28,651 nucleotides of DNA from a bacterium (lineage in GTDB: Bacteria > CALINM01), in NCBI GenBank assembly GCA_041640455.1, contig JBEQAF010000021.1:1-28651 (forward strand), read 5' to 3'. Shown one piece after another: positions 18,464 to 27,999 of this stretch. Within the stretch, counting starts at the first letter, position 1. Each line of letters starts with the position of its first letter. Made by a program: the position numbers and the translations under genes. A model generated the notes under the pieces. That model did not search any database and was not told the DNA's origin. It saw only the letters and a list, made by a program, of their open reading frames with translations.

Positions 18464-19935
18464 CTCTCTTCATACTCCGGAAAGATCAATATAAACTTGC
18501 TACCTTTACCCACTTCACTTTCAACTAATATCTCTCCATTATAATTTCTGACTATATCATAACTCATCCAGAGACCAAGCCCTGTGCCTTCTCCAGGAGA
18601 TTTTGTTGTAAAGAACGGATCGAATATCCTGCCTAAATTTTCATGTGAAATGCCCTCTCCTGTATCTATAACCTCAATATTTATTTTTGAATCATTTCTG
18701 TATCCCCTAACTGTCAGAACCCCACCTTTTCTCATTGCCTGGATGGCATTTATAAAAAGATTAAGCATTACCTGATGAAAGTCATGTGGATCAAATAGAA
18801 TTAATAAGTTATTATCTACCTGATTCAAAAATTGAACATTTTCTTTCTTGAGCTTGTGTTCTATGAAATTGCGAATCCCATTAACAGCATCTCTAACATT
18901 AATCTTTACTGGTTTATGTTCTCCTTTTCGAGACATCCACAATAGCCTGTTAACAGTATCTTCTATACGTTCAAGCCCTTCCTTCATGAGGTTCAGATAC
19001 TTTTCTCTTGATTCAGGATTATCACCACTTAGCTTTAACATCTGAAGGCAATTAAACACACCTCCAAGAGGATTGTTTATCTCATGAGCAATTCCTGCAG
19101 CAAGGATCCCAATGGATGCGAGTTTTTCAGACTGCATTAGTCTCTCGTTAGTTTTTCTGAGTTCCTCATTTGCATGCTTTATCCTCTCAATCATATTATT
19201 AAACTTATCTCCCAGTATGGCAAGCTCGTCATTTCCTCTAACATTAACCTTAACATCAAGATAGTCACCGCGCATTTTTTCCATAGTATTAGCAAGTTCA
19301 GTTATGGGACTAATGAAACGATTACTTAAAATAATAATTATACCAAAGCCTATAGCTATAAGAAAGACAGTAAGTAAAATGATCTTTTTAATGGTGTTAG
19401 AGATCTCTTTTTCAACCTGTTCAAGGGATATGGCAAACTTTAGTGTCCCCCAGCGTTTTTTCCCTATGGAAAGCGGAACAGCAAAATCAATTGCATTATG
19501 CCCCTGATAAAAAAAATTCTGGATTACTGTATCCTCTGATTGTAATGCTTTAACAGTTAATGAATCAGAATATATCTTCCCATACTCCATAATGTCATTG
19601 TGGGATAAAACCTTTCCATTTTCATCAAGAATTGCTATATAAAGCAGATCCACATTACGCCTGTTAAATATTTCCATAATATAATTATCTAAAAGACCTC
19701 CTTCCTCAACCAGTCCGAGTCTCTCATAGATTAGATCATTAATTATTGGAATAGCTAAAGTTTCTCCAAGAACTATTCCCTGATGCTTAATCTCATTATA
19801 TAAAACATTTTTTTCTCTTTTAACAGCAACATAACCTATAAAAATCATAAAAATGATAATGGCAAGAGTAGTGATCAGTATGAATTTTGTTCGGAGACTC
19901 AACGACACAGACAAACTCCTCTGTTCCTTTTGCAA
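18460..19935 (-). CDS. arrS: Membrane sensor histidine kinase
   Basis: Two TM segments, HAMP (NDELAILGDKFN), H-box AHEINNPL, and NAIQA / DTGEG / FFTTK / GTGLGL boxes. TTG start is uncertain. Confidence 0.88.
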   Translation of the reverse strand: MQKEQRSLSVSLSLRTKFILITTLAIIIFMIFIGYVAVKREKNVLYNEIKHQGIVLGETLAIPIINDLIYERLGLVEEGGLLDNYIMEIFNRRNVDLLYIAILDENGKVLSHNDIMEYGKIYSDSLTVKALQSEDTVIQNFFYQGHNAIDFAVPLSIGKKRWGTLKFAISLEQVEKEISNTIKKIILLTVFLIAIGFGIIIILSNRFISPITELANTMEKMRGDYLDVKVNVRGNDELAILGDKFNNMIERIKHANEELRKTNERLMQSEKLASIGILAAGIAHEINNPLGGVFNCLQMLKLSGDNPESREKYLNLMKEGLERIEDTVNRLLWMSRKGEHKPVKINVRDAVNGIRNFIEHKLKKENVQFLNQVDNNLLILFDPHDFHQVMLNLFINAIQAMRKGGVLTVRGYRNDSKINIEVIDTGEGISHENLGRIFDPFFTTKSPGEGTGLGLWMSYDIVRNYNGEILVESEVGKGSKFILIFPEYEER

Positions 19936-19960
19936 GATCTTCTTTTAAAAAAAATCAACA

Positions 19961-21652
19961 TTATAGTTTTATTTTGGGATGGCATCCCTTTCCGCATGTC
20001 TGTGGGACTGCATTTATGATTGTCCTTATTTCTGAGTAGTCCCCATCTGACGCCTCTGTAAAACCATTTTTCAGATCTTCATCAACTCGTTTTAGTATCT
20101 TCTTATGGTCTGGATTGTCTGGATTAAGGGCAAGCAACGCTTTTTTAATATTTTCAATTATTGCAAATGGAGTGCCAGAAGCTGCGACTAAAGGTCCAAC
20201 AGGAATATCAGAAGATTCTGTTATAACGTCAATCCCCAGTTTCATATATTTTTGTGCTACAGAATCCCTTACAGCACCTGCGTCATATTGCCCCTTCAAA
20301 ACCGCTTTCACAACAGAGTCATGATAGTTAAAATTTGCATAGCTCTTGAGCTCGCTGAGGTGAATCCCTGAGTTTGCAAGAATATATCGTGGGATCAGAT
20401 TTCCTGATGTTGACTTAGAGTCAGAAAATGCCACGCTTTTATTCTTAAGTTCCTTTACATCTCTTATATCAGAATCCCTCCTTTTTATTATTACACTTCT
20501 GTATGTGGCTGTTCCATTTATTCCTTTGGGTTTTAATATGCACATTACACCATATTTTGCACGGGCATCAAGGTAGGTAATGGGACCAAGAAATGCTAAA
20601 TCAACCTCACCATTTCCAATAGCATCCACTGTCTCCTGATAATTCTTCTTTATAACAAGTTCATAAGAATACTCTGTTTTTTCAGATAGATAATCTAAAA
20701 GTGGCTGATACTTTTCATACATTATTCTAGGATTATCCCTCGGTACAACACCAATATAAACTGTTTTTTTGCCCCGTATTTTTTTTTCGGTTACTCCATA
20801 GTCCTTAATAAAAGCCCGCATTTCCCTGATAGAATCATAAAGGTTGTCTGATACCTGTATAAATCTGTCTATCATCATGGCATTAAGTATTGAGTGTCCT
20901 TTTTGACTACTGTGCATCTTTAAAAAAGCCTCTTTGAGCCTTTCCTTTAAAGTTACATCTATGTCTTTTGTTACAACAACAGGAGGAATACCAAATGGGG
21001 GAGACATCTTTATTATTCTGGTCTGTCTTGCATATGGAGAACCATTTTTAAACATATAATCATAAACAATGCTATCAACAGCAGCTCCATCAACTACTTT
21101 TTTGGCTACCAGTTCAATTGATTTGTTATGACTGTAACTGTAAGTTAACTTCTTGAAAAAACTTTCAGGAGTCGTTTTCATCTTCTTCAATAAATATGTG
21201 GGATAAAGTCTGCCTGTGTTTGAACCTGGATCTGTAAAAGCAAAGGTTTTTCCTTTTAATTCAAGAAATGATTGAATGGGGCTATCTTTATGAACAATAA
21301 TATATGAATGATAAGATGGCTTTCCATTCACACTCGGTGCCACAAGAAGCTCAACTCCCAAATTCTCCCTGTTTTTTACGTACGGGGCAGAACAGATAAA
21401 CGCAACCTTGACCTCACCTTTTTCAAGAAGCCTATCCATCTCCTCATATGTTCTTCTGTGAACCATCTGAACAGGCTGTTTTATCTCTTCTCCAATATAA
21501 TCAATAATTTCTTGATAGTATTTTACCGCATCGAGAGGTGTAATCATTGAGGACACACCGATCTTTAAGATTTTATCATCTTTAGAAAATAGGTCAGCTG
21601 GTGAATGAAAAAACACAAAAAAAGAAAAAAGAATTGATAAAAATAATTTCAT
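19961..21652 (-). CDS. arrX: Periplasmic oxyanion-binding sensor accessory protein with two tandem PhnD/AioX-type domains
   Basis: Sec-type signal peptide. Domain 1 has AFICSAPY, DPGSNTG, SHNKS, AVDS; domain 2 has AFLGPITY, STSGNLIP, GQYDAGAV. First gene of an X-S-R trio. Confidence 0.82.
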   Translation of the reverse strand: MKLFLSILFSFFVFFHSPADLFSKDDKILKIGVSSMITPLDAVKYYQEIIDYIGEEIKQPVQMVHRRTYEEMDRLLEKGEVKVAFICSAPYVKNRENLGVELLVAPSVNGKPSYHSYIIVHKDSPIQSFLELKGKTFAFTDPGSNTGRLYPTYLLKKMKTTPESFFKKLTYSYSHNKSIELVAKKVVDGAAVDSIVYDYMFKNGSPYARQTRIIKMSPPFGIPPVVVTKDIDVTLKERLKEAFLKMHSSQKGHSILNAMMIDRFIQVSDNLYDSIREMRAFIKDYGVTEKKIRGKKTVYIGVVPRDNPRIMYEKYQPLLDYLSEKTEYSYELVIKKNYQETVDAIGNGEVDLAFLGPITYLDARAKYGVMCILKPKGINGTATYRSVIIKRRDSDIRDVKELKNKSVAFSDSKSTSGNLIPRYILANSGIHLSELKSYANFNYHDSVVKAVLKGQYDAGAVRDSVAQKYMKLGIDVITESSDIPVGPLVAASGTPFAIIENIKKALLALNPDNPDHKKILKRVDEDLKNGFTEASDGDYSEIRTIINAVPQTCGKGCHPKIKL

Positions 21653-21663
21653 TTGTGGTTATA

Positions 21664-21692
21664 ATTATAACAATAACTCAAAATAGTATCTA
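21664..21692 (-). promoter_or_regulatory. Sigma70 promoter for arrXSR
   Basis: TAGATA-17 nt-TATAAT with a TGn extension; the -10 lies 11 nt from the ATG and there is no SD. Confidence 0.55.
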
Positions 21693-21790
21693 TTAATTTT
21701 AGACAAAAATTAGCTAAATAAATCTCAGAATGAATTATCACAGGATTATCAAGGATTTATAAAAATTTTTGCAGATCTTTGTAGACACCT

Positions 21791-22091
21791 GGTATAGACA
21801 TATTTACCAGTCTGGAATGGTTTAAGTAATATGTTAAATATTTCAGCAGATTTAAGCAAGTTTTCTATGAGTGAGAGTTAGGCGCCTGAATGCTCTGTCT
21901 TTGTATAAAACGATCATAGGCTGTTCCTCCATCCTTTAAGTGATCTCACCTTCCTCTGCCAGGAGAAACCCAGTCTCTTCATTATATCAAGTATTCTGCG
22001 GAAAGCCTCTTTCCTCCTTACGGTTTTTTTGCATTCTTCCATTCACCTCCTTTTACTTCAATAAAATCAAACTGGTTAATATGTCTATACC
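21791..22091. repeat. Pair of 21-bp inverted repeats (20/21 identical) enclosing about 260 bp
   Basis: GGTATAGACATATTTACCAGT at 21791-21811; ACTGGTTAATATGTCTATACC at 22071-22091 has reverse complement GGTATAGACATATTAACCAGT. Confidence 0.85.
21852..22042 (-). pseudogene. Two translationally coupled micro-ORFs (42 aa and 21 aa), probably the remnant of a two-gene module
   Basis: 22042..21914 MEECKKTVRRKEAFRRILDIMKRLGFSWQRKVRSLKGWRNSL follows AAGGAGGTGA; 21917..21852 MIVLYKDRAFRRLTLTHRKLA follows GGAGG; ATGA overlap. Confidence 0.3.
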
Positions 22092-22118
22092 TATCTGGTA
22101 CACAGGGGTAAAAAAGGT

Positions 22119-22147
22119 TTGACTTAAAGATTTTTTTGGGTTATTAT
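22119..22147 (+). promoter_or_regulatory. Sigma70 promoter for M23-secA-argJ
   Basis: TTGACT-17 nt-TATTAT. Confidence 0.6.
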
Positions 22148-22156
22148 CACAATTCT

Positions 22157-23107
22157 ATGAAAAGTGTAAAAGATAAAATGGATTTTATTTTCACCAAGAT
22201 CAAAGAGTTTATCATAAAACACAAGCATGATTGGAAGAACCCTAAATTTTTTACCTTGATGATTCTTCCACATGATTCTGCCAATATAAAAAAAATCAAT
22301 ATTACTTCTAACTGGTTTAAGGTATTTGCTATCGTTTCTATAATCTTCTGGTTATCTTCGCTTTTTATGTTTTTTAGCTATTTTAGTCTGAAAAATAGGG
22401 TTAAACAGTTATCTGATGTAGAAAAGATCAATCTTAAGCAGAAAGTTGAGATTGAAAATCTTAATTCAAAAATTCAGTTTATTGAAACCCAGCTCGCAAG
22501 GCTTCAGAATATAGATTTAAGAGTCAGAGAGATGGTGAATCTGGATATAAGTTCTACTGGTACTCCTGCCGCTGGTGGTATTTCAAATGCAAAATCTAAA
22601 GATTTAATCGGAATGCTGGAAGAAAAGGCTGACAACCTCGAGCAGGAGATAAAGCTGAGAGAGAAAAGTCTTAATGAACTGGCGGAATATCTGGAGGATA
22701 GAAAATCACTTTTTCTTGCCACTCCGTCTTTATGGCCAACAAGAGGACTTATAACTTCTGAATTTGGCTGGAGGAAGGATCCCATTAGCGGTGTTACTGA
22801 GTATCACGAGGGTATAGATATATCAGCCCCATCAGGCACACAGGTCAGAGCGGCGGCTGAGGGTGTGGTTATAGAGGCAGGTAATGATGCTGGATACGGC
22901 AAGGCTATAGTTATTGATCATGGCTATGGTATTGTTACAAGATATGCCCATCTTTCAAAAGCCTATGTTGTAGTAGGGCAGAGGGTTAAGAAGGGAAGTG
23001 TCATCGGCGCAGTAGGTAGCTCAGGCAAAAGCACTGGACCTCATGTTCATTATGAAGTCAGGATTGATGGTGTTCCTGTTAATCCAATCAAATACCTTTT
23101 CAGCTAA
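22157..23107 (+). CDS. M23-family peptidoglycan metallo-endopeptidase (N-terminal TM plus coiled coil)
   Basis: HEGID and STGPHVHYEV Zn motifs, YAHL, TM segment and coiled coil. Start moved from TTG 22136 (inside the promoter spacer) to ATG 22157; ATG 22178 is also possible. Confidence 0.92.
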   Translation: MKSVKDKMDFIFTKIKEFIIKHKHDWKNPKFFTLMILPHDSANIKKINITSNWFKVFAIVSIIFWLSSLFMFFSYFSLKNRVKQLSDVEKINLKQKVEIENLNSKIQFIETQLARLQNIDLRVREMVNLDISSTGTPAAGGISNAKSKDLIGMLEEKADNLEQEIKLREKSLNELAEYLEDRKSLFLATPSLWPTRGLITSEFGWRKDPISGVTEYHEGIDISAPSGTQVRAAAEGVVIEAGNDAGYGKAIVIDHGYGIVTRYAHLSKAYVVVGQRVKKGSVIGAVGSSGKSTGPHVHYEVRIDGVPVNPIKYLFS

Positions 23108-23158
23108 TTCATCTTTAGCTTCTAACCGTTATTCATCAATTATAAATCAGGAGATTTT

Positions 23159-25780
23159 ATGTTAGATTTTATTCTGAAAAAGATTATGGGGACTAAAAAC
23201 GAGAGAGAGCTTAAAGCCATATATCCTCTTGTGGATAAAATAAATAGCTTTGAATCAGCTATATCTGCACTCTCAGACCAAGCTTTAAAAAATAAAACCA
23301 CCGAATTTAAGGAAAGACTGGAAAAAGGTGAAACGCTTGATTCCATCCTTCCGGAAGCCTTTGCGGTTGTTAGAGAAGCTTCCAGAAGAGTGCTTAACAT
23401 GAGACATTTTGATTGTCAGCTCATAGGAGGCATTGTGCTTCACCAGGGTAAGATTGCCGAGATGAAGACTGGTGAAGGCAAAACACTGGTTGCCACTCTT
23501 CCTGCCTATCTTAATGCCTTAACTGGAAAGGGTGTACATGTGGTAACTGTAAATGATTATCTTGCCAAAAGAGACAGTGAGTGGATGGGTAAAATTTATA
23601 GATTTTTGGGGCTTACAGTGGGTTGTATAGTCCATGAGCTGGATGATGAAGAAAGAAAAGCAGCCTATAACTCAGACATAACTTATGGAACCAATAACGA
23701 GTTTGGTTTTGATTATCTAAGAGATAATATGAAATATTCCCTTCAGGATTATGTCCAGAGGGAGTTTAATTACGCCATAGTGGATGAGGTAGATAGCATC
23801 CTGATCGATGAGGCAAGAACACCGCTGATCATATCAGGTCCTTCCGAAGATAGTACCGATCTTTATTACATAATTGACAGGATTATCCCCTATCTTAAGA
23901 AAGATAAGGATTTCGTAATTGATGAGAAATCAAGAACTATAACACTACTTGAGGAAGGTATTACCAAAGTGGAAAACCTTCTTAACATCAGTAATCTCTA
24001 TGACCCTACAAATATGAACATTCTGCATCATGTAAATCAGGGGTTGAGAGCGCATCATCTTTTTAGAAAAGATGTGGACTACGTAGTTAAAGACGGAGAG
24101 GTGATTATTGTTGATGAGTTTACCGGAAGGTTAATGCCAGGTAGAAGATGGAGTGAAGGACTACATCAAGCAATTGAAGCAAAAGAAAAGGTTAAAATAG
24201 AAAGAGAGAATCAGACCTTAGCTACCATTACGTTTCAGAACTATTTCAGAATGTATAAAAAACTTGCAGGTATGACAGGTACAGCCGAAACAGAAGCTGG
24301 AGAGTTTAAAAAGATATACAATCTTGATGTGGTTGTAATACCTACCAACAAGCCCATGATAAGGATAGATAATCCTGATGTTATTTATAAAACTGAGAAG
24401 GAAAAATTTAAGGCGGTAGTTGAAGAGATTAAAAAGCTCTATGAGATGGGCAGGCCTGTGCTGGTGGGTACCACCTCGATTGAAAAGAATGAAAAGCTTT
24501 CTGCTTTTCTAAAAAGAGAAGGGATCCCTCATCAGGTGTTAAACGCCAAGCATCATGAGCGGGAAGCCGAGATTATAGCCCAGGCTGGAAGGTTAAAGAC
24601 CGTTACAATTGCTACCAATATGGCAGGAAGGGGTGTTGACATAATTCTGGGAGGTAATCCTGAATTACTGGCAAAGGCAAAGGTGGGTTATAATCTGGAA
24701 CATCCTGATTATGAAAACATATTAAATGAGCTGAAAAAGCAGTGTGAACAGGAAAGAGAAAAGGTCGTTGCCCTGGGTGGTCTTCATATAATAGGTACAG
24801 AAAGGCATGAGAGCCGAAGAATTGACAATCAGCTTCGAGGCAGGGCAGGAAGACAGGGTGACCCCGGTAGCTCAAGATTTTATCTATCTCTGGAAGATGA
24901 CCTGATGAGAATATTTGGCTCTGATAGAATTTCAGGGATTATGGAAAAACTGGGAATAGAAGATGGGGAGGCTATTGAGCATTCAATGGTTTCTAAGGCA
25001 ATAGAGAAGGCTCAGATGAGGGTAGAAGCCCATAACTTTGAGATAAGAAAGCATCTTCTTGAATATGATGATGTAATGAATCAGCAGAGAATATTTGTTT
25101 ACACCTTCAGGAGAAAAGTTCTGCTGAATGAGGACATTAAAGGCACGACTAAAGAGATGATCTATGATGTTTTAGACTGGACATTTAATTTGCTGATTCC
25201 TGAAAAGAAAAAAGACTGGAATACTAAGGGTTTAGCAGATATTTTGAAAGCCATTTTTGATATTAAAATCAGTCCCGATGAGATAGAGAAGTTTTTCCCT
25301 GATGAGGATGGGCTTTATGAGCATCTGGAAAAACTAATATTTGACTATTATGAGAAGAAAGAAACCGAGTATGGCATCGATATAATGGGAGAGCTGGAAA
25401 AATATTTTCTTCTTACCTCCTTAGACAGCCACTGGAAAGAGCATCTGCTTGCCATAGACCATCTAAAGGAAGGGATAGGGTTAAGAGGGTACGCGCAGAA
25501 AGATCCGCTTGTGGAGTACAAGAAAGAAGCTCACGGGCTTTTTATGCAGATGCTGGAAAATTTCAGGAAAGATGCAGTGACAAAGATTTTCAATGTAAGA
25601 ATAATGAAGCAAGAAGACTTACCAAGCCTTGAAGATGAAGAAGACAAGATAAAAAATCTTAAATTTGGCGGGGATGGAAAAAAAGAGCCCATCAGATCAA
25701 AGAGCAAAGTTGGAAGAAATGATCCCTGTCCTTGTGGAAGTGGGAAAAAATATAAAAAATGCTGTGGAGAAGGAAAATGA
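23159..25780 (+). CDS. secA: Preprotein translocase ATPase SecA
   Basis: [52 protein letters not shown] and SEC-C tail [18 protein letters not shown]. Confidence 0.99.
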   Translation: MLDFILKKIMGTKNERELKAIYPLVDKINSFESAISALSDQALKNKTTEFKERLEKGETLDSILPEAFAVVREASRRVLNMRHFDCQLIGGIVLHQGKIAEMKTGEGKTLVATLPAYLNALTGKGVHVVTVNDYLAKRDSEWMGKIYRFLGLTVGCIVHELDDEERKAAYNSDITYGTNNEFGFDYLRDNMKYSLQDYVQREFNYAIVDEVDSILIDEARTPLIISGPSEDSTDLYYIIDRIIPYLKKDKDFVIDEKSRTITLLEEGITKVENLLNISNLYDPTNMNILHHVNQGLRAHHLFRKDVDYVVKDGEVIIVDEFTGRLMPGRRWSEGLHQAIEAKEKVKIERENQTLATITFQNYFRMYKKLAGMTGTAETEAGEFKKIYNLDVVVIPTNKPMIRIDNPDVIYKTEKEKFKAVVEEIKKLYEMGRPVLVGTTSIEKNEKLSAFLKREGIPHQVLNAKHHEREAEIIAQAGRLKTVTIATNMAGRGVDIILGGNPELLAKAKVGYNLEHPDYENILNELKKQCEQEREKVVALGGLHIIGTERHESRRIDNQLRGRAGRQGDPGSSRFYLSLEDDLMRIFGSDRISGIMEKLGIEDGEAIEHSMVSKAIEKAQMRVEAHNFEIRKHLLEYDDVMNQQRIFVYTFRRKVLLNEDIKGTTKEMIYDVLDWTFNLLIPEKKKDWNTKGLADILKAIFDIKISPDEIEKFFPDEDGLYEHLEKLIFDYYEKKETEYGIDIMGELEKYFLLTSLDSHWKEHLLAIDHLKEGIGLRGYAQKDPLVEYKKEAHGLFMQMLENFRKDAVTKIFNVRIMKQEDLPSLEDEEDKIKNLKFGGDGKKEPIRSKSKVGRNDPCPCGSGKKYKKCCGEGK

Positions 25781-26955
25781 TCATACCTAAGGGATTTTTA
25801 TTTTCCGGTGTTTACGGTGGGATAAAGAAGGTTAATAAAAATGACATCGGGCTTGTGCTATTTGAAAATGAGGTAACTGCTTCAGGTTTGTTTACCAAAA
25901 ACAGAGTGAAATCCCCATCGGTTACCTATACAAAAAAGGTTCTGAAAAAAGGTGTGAGAGCTCTTTTAGTTGTAAGCGGTAATGCCAATGCCTGTGTAAA
26001 GGATGGCATGAAGGATATAAAAGAGATTACCATTGAGCTGGGCAGAAAGATTAATGTGAAGCCAGAACAGATTGCATTTGCTTCCACTGGAGTGATTGGC
26101 GTTAAAATGCCAGTTGAGAAGATTAAGAAAGGTTTTGATAGACTTACAAAAAGTCTTCAGAACCAAAGCTACAGTGATTTTCATTTAGCAATGCAGACAA
26201 CCGACGCCTTTGACAAGCTAACTGAAAAGAGTTTCAAAATAGATGATAAAAAGATAAATCTACTGGTGCTGGGAAAGGGTGCTGGCATGATAGCACCCAA
26301 TATGGCGACCATGCTTATTTTTGTTTTTACAGATGCCTGCATATCTCAGGAAGCACTTGACAGAGCTTTAAAAGAGGCGGTTGATAACAGCTTTAATGTA
26401 ATAAGTGTGGATGGAGATACAAGCACCAATGATATGGTTTTAGCCTTTGCATCCGGAATGGCAAAAAACAAAGAGATAAAAACTGACTCTATAGATTATC
26501 AAAAGTTTTATAAAAACCTCGCCACTGCTTGTGTTGATGTGGCAAAGCAGATTGTGAGAGACGGCGAAGGAGCTACAAAGGTTATCGAACTGCGGCTTAA
26601 AGGTGCAAGAAATAAAAAAGAAGCCTTGAAGATACTTAAAACCATAGCAAATTCCCAGCTTGTCAAGACTGCTTTTTTCGGAAATGACCCTAACTGGGGG
26701 CGCATTCTTGCGGCGATTGGCAGAAGTGAAGTAGCTATAAAAGATGAAAAGATAGATATTCATATAGCTGGTATGCCAGTAGTAAGGGGAGGTATAGAGG
26801 CAGATGGGTTCAGTGAGAAGAAACTGAAAGAGAAGATGTCTGCAAAAGAGCTGACCGTAGATATAAATCTTAATATGGGAGATGCAGGGGCAGTATTTTA
26901 TACCTCCGATCTAACCATTGATTATGTTAAGCTAAACTCGGCTTACCGAACCTGA
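25777..26955 (+). CDS. argJ: Bifunctional ornithine acetyltransferase / N-acetylglutamate synthase
   Basis: [26 protein letters not shown] autocleavage site, [24 protein letters not shown] 25777 overlaps the secA stop (ATGA). Confidence 0.97.
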   Translation: MIIPKGFLFSGVYGGIKKVNKNDIGLVLFENEVTASGLFTKNRVKSPSVTYTKKVLKKGVRALLVVSGNANACVKDGMKDIKEITIELGRKINVKPEQIAFASTGVIGVKMPVEKIKKGFDRLTKSLQNQSYSDFHLAMQTTDAFDKLTEKSFKIDDKKINLLVLGKGAGMIAPNMATMLIFVFTDACISQEALDRALKEAVDNSFNVISVDGDTSTNDMVLAFASGMAKNKEIKTDSIDYQKFYKNLATACVDVAKQIVRDGEGATKVIELRLKGARNKKEALKILKTIANSQLVKTAFFGNDPNWGRILAAIGRSEVAIKDEKIDIHIAGMPVVRGGIEADGFSEKKLKEKMSAKELTVDINLNMGDAGAVFYTSDLTIDYVKLNSAYRT

Positions 26956-26957
26956 TT

Positions 26958-27689
26958 TTATCTGAGGAATAAAAATCGGATTCTTGAGATCAGAATACCC
27001 AGCTCAAAAAGTCCGATTATAATAATTGATACCAGGATCTGGGATAATACATCAGGCGGTGTTATTGCTGCTGATACTATAAAGGCAAGTATTACAAAGC
27101 CCTTTCTGAGTTCCAGAAGTTTTTTAAACTCAATTATTTTAAAGTTTACCATAAGAAATATGGCAAAGGGTATGGTAAAAAGTATCCCTGCGTATAGATT
27201 AAACTTTAGAATAAAGTCTATATAGTCATTAATATCCGGGTAAATCTCATAAAAGTCAAATACAAACCGACTGAAAAAGCTAAGAAAAACAGGTAAAACA
27301 AGCTTGTACAAAAAAGCAAAACCTGTAAAAAAGCTGATAAATCCAACAGCGATAATTATTTTTAGAAGTCTTTTTTCGTGATCAAAAAGGCCAGGTGCCA
27401 TGAACATAAATATCTGATAGATTATAACAGGTGATGATAATATTAGAGCAAATACCAGAGATACCTTGAAAAATATAAAAAAACCTCCCGTAAGCTTTAG
27501 ATAGACAAGATTTCCAGTCCCAACAAAACCTTTAAGCGGCTCTGTCAGGAAGGCTAAAATATTTTTCGCATATTTAAAAGATATTACAAAGAATATAGAC
27601 AGAGCTATGAGAATCTTTATAATCCTCTGTCTGAGCTCTATCAAATGTTCTCTAAAGGGAAGCTTTTTTTCGTCAGATTGAGTAGTCAC
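26958..27689 (-). CDS. tatC: Twin-arginine translocase subunit TatC
   Basis: EHLIELRQRI, FMAPGL...E, AAITPPDVLSQ and multiple hydrophobic segments; overlaps tatB. Confidence 0.93.
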   Translation of the reverse strand: MTTQSDEKKLPFREHLIELRQRIIKILIALSIFFVISFKYAKNILAFLTEPLKGFVGTGNLVYLKLTGGFFIFFKVSLVFALILSSPVIIYQIFMFMAPGLFDHEKRLLKIIIAVGFISFFTGFAFLYKLVLPVFLSFFSRFVFDFYEIYPDINDYIDFILKFNLYAGILFTIPFAIFLMVNFKIIEFKKLLELRKGFVILAFIVSAAITPPDVLSQILVSIIIIGLFELGILISRIRFLFLR

Positions 27690-27993
27690 TTGTGTCTTTA
27701 TCAGTATTTTGTGATACTTCCGTGCTTTTATCAGATGTTTCTTCAGCCTTATTGGCTTCTTCGTAAGCCTTCTGAACCTCTACCCGAATCTCTGCATCAA
27801 TATCTTTAAGAGGTTTTTCTACCTCGTTGTATACCTCATTCTCTATGGAGCCTTTAACATCATCCAGTGCATTTTTAATCATACCTATGGTTTTCCCAAG
27901 GGTTTTAGCCACCTCTGGTATCCTGTCAGGACCGACTACCACAAGGGCAATAATAATAATTAAAATAAGCTCGGGAATTCCTATATTAAACAT
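27673..27993 (-). CDS. tatB: Twin-arginine translocase subunit TatB (TatA/B family)
   Basis: MFNIGIPELILIIIIALVVVGPDRIPEVAKTLGK: a TM helix, GP hinge and amphipathic helix. Confidence 0.9.
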   Translation of the reverse strand: MFNIGIPELILIIIIALVVVGPDRIPEVAKTLGKTIGMIKNALDDVKGSIENEVYNEVEKPLKDIDAEIRVEVQKAYEEANKAEETSDKSTEVSQNTDKDTSDYSI

Positions 27994-27999
27994 ACTAAA

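Noticed and set aside
11096..21652. Phosphonate ABC transporter (phnD) annotation for the two binding proteins
   Set aside because: No permease or ATPase genes are present; each binding protein directly precedes a sensor kinase, as in aioXSR/arxXSR.
21940..22122. 60-aa plus-strand ORF in the intergenic gap
   Set aside because: GTG start with no RBS and no motif; the RBS signals in this region are on the minus strand.
1..26955. A single arginine operon split by the island (argDFGH left, argJ right)
   Set aside because: secA-argJ linkage apart from the other arg genes is common in related anaerobes, and the M23-secA-argJ unit has its own promoter; this cannot be supported without comparative genomes.
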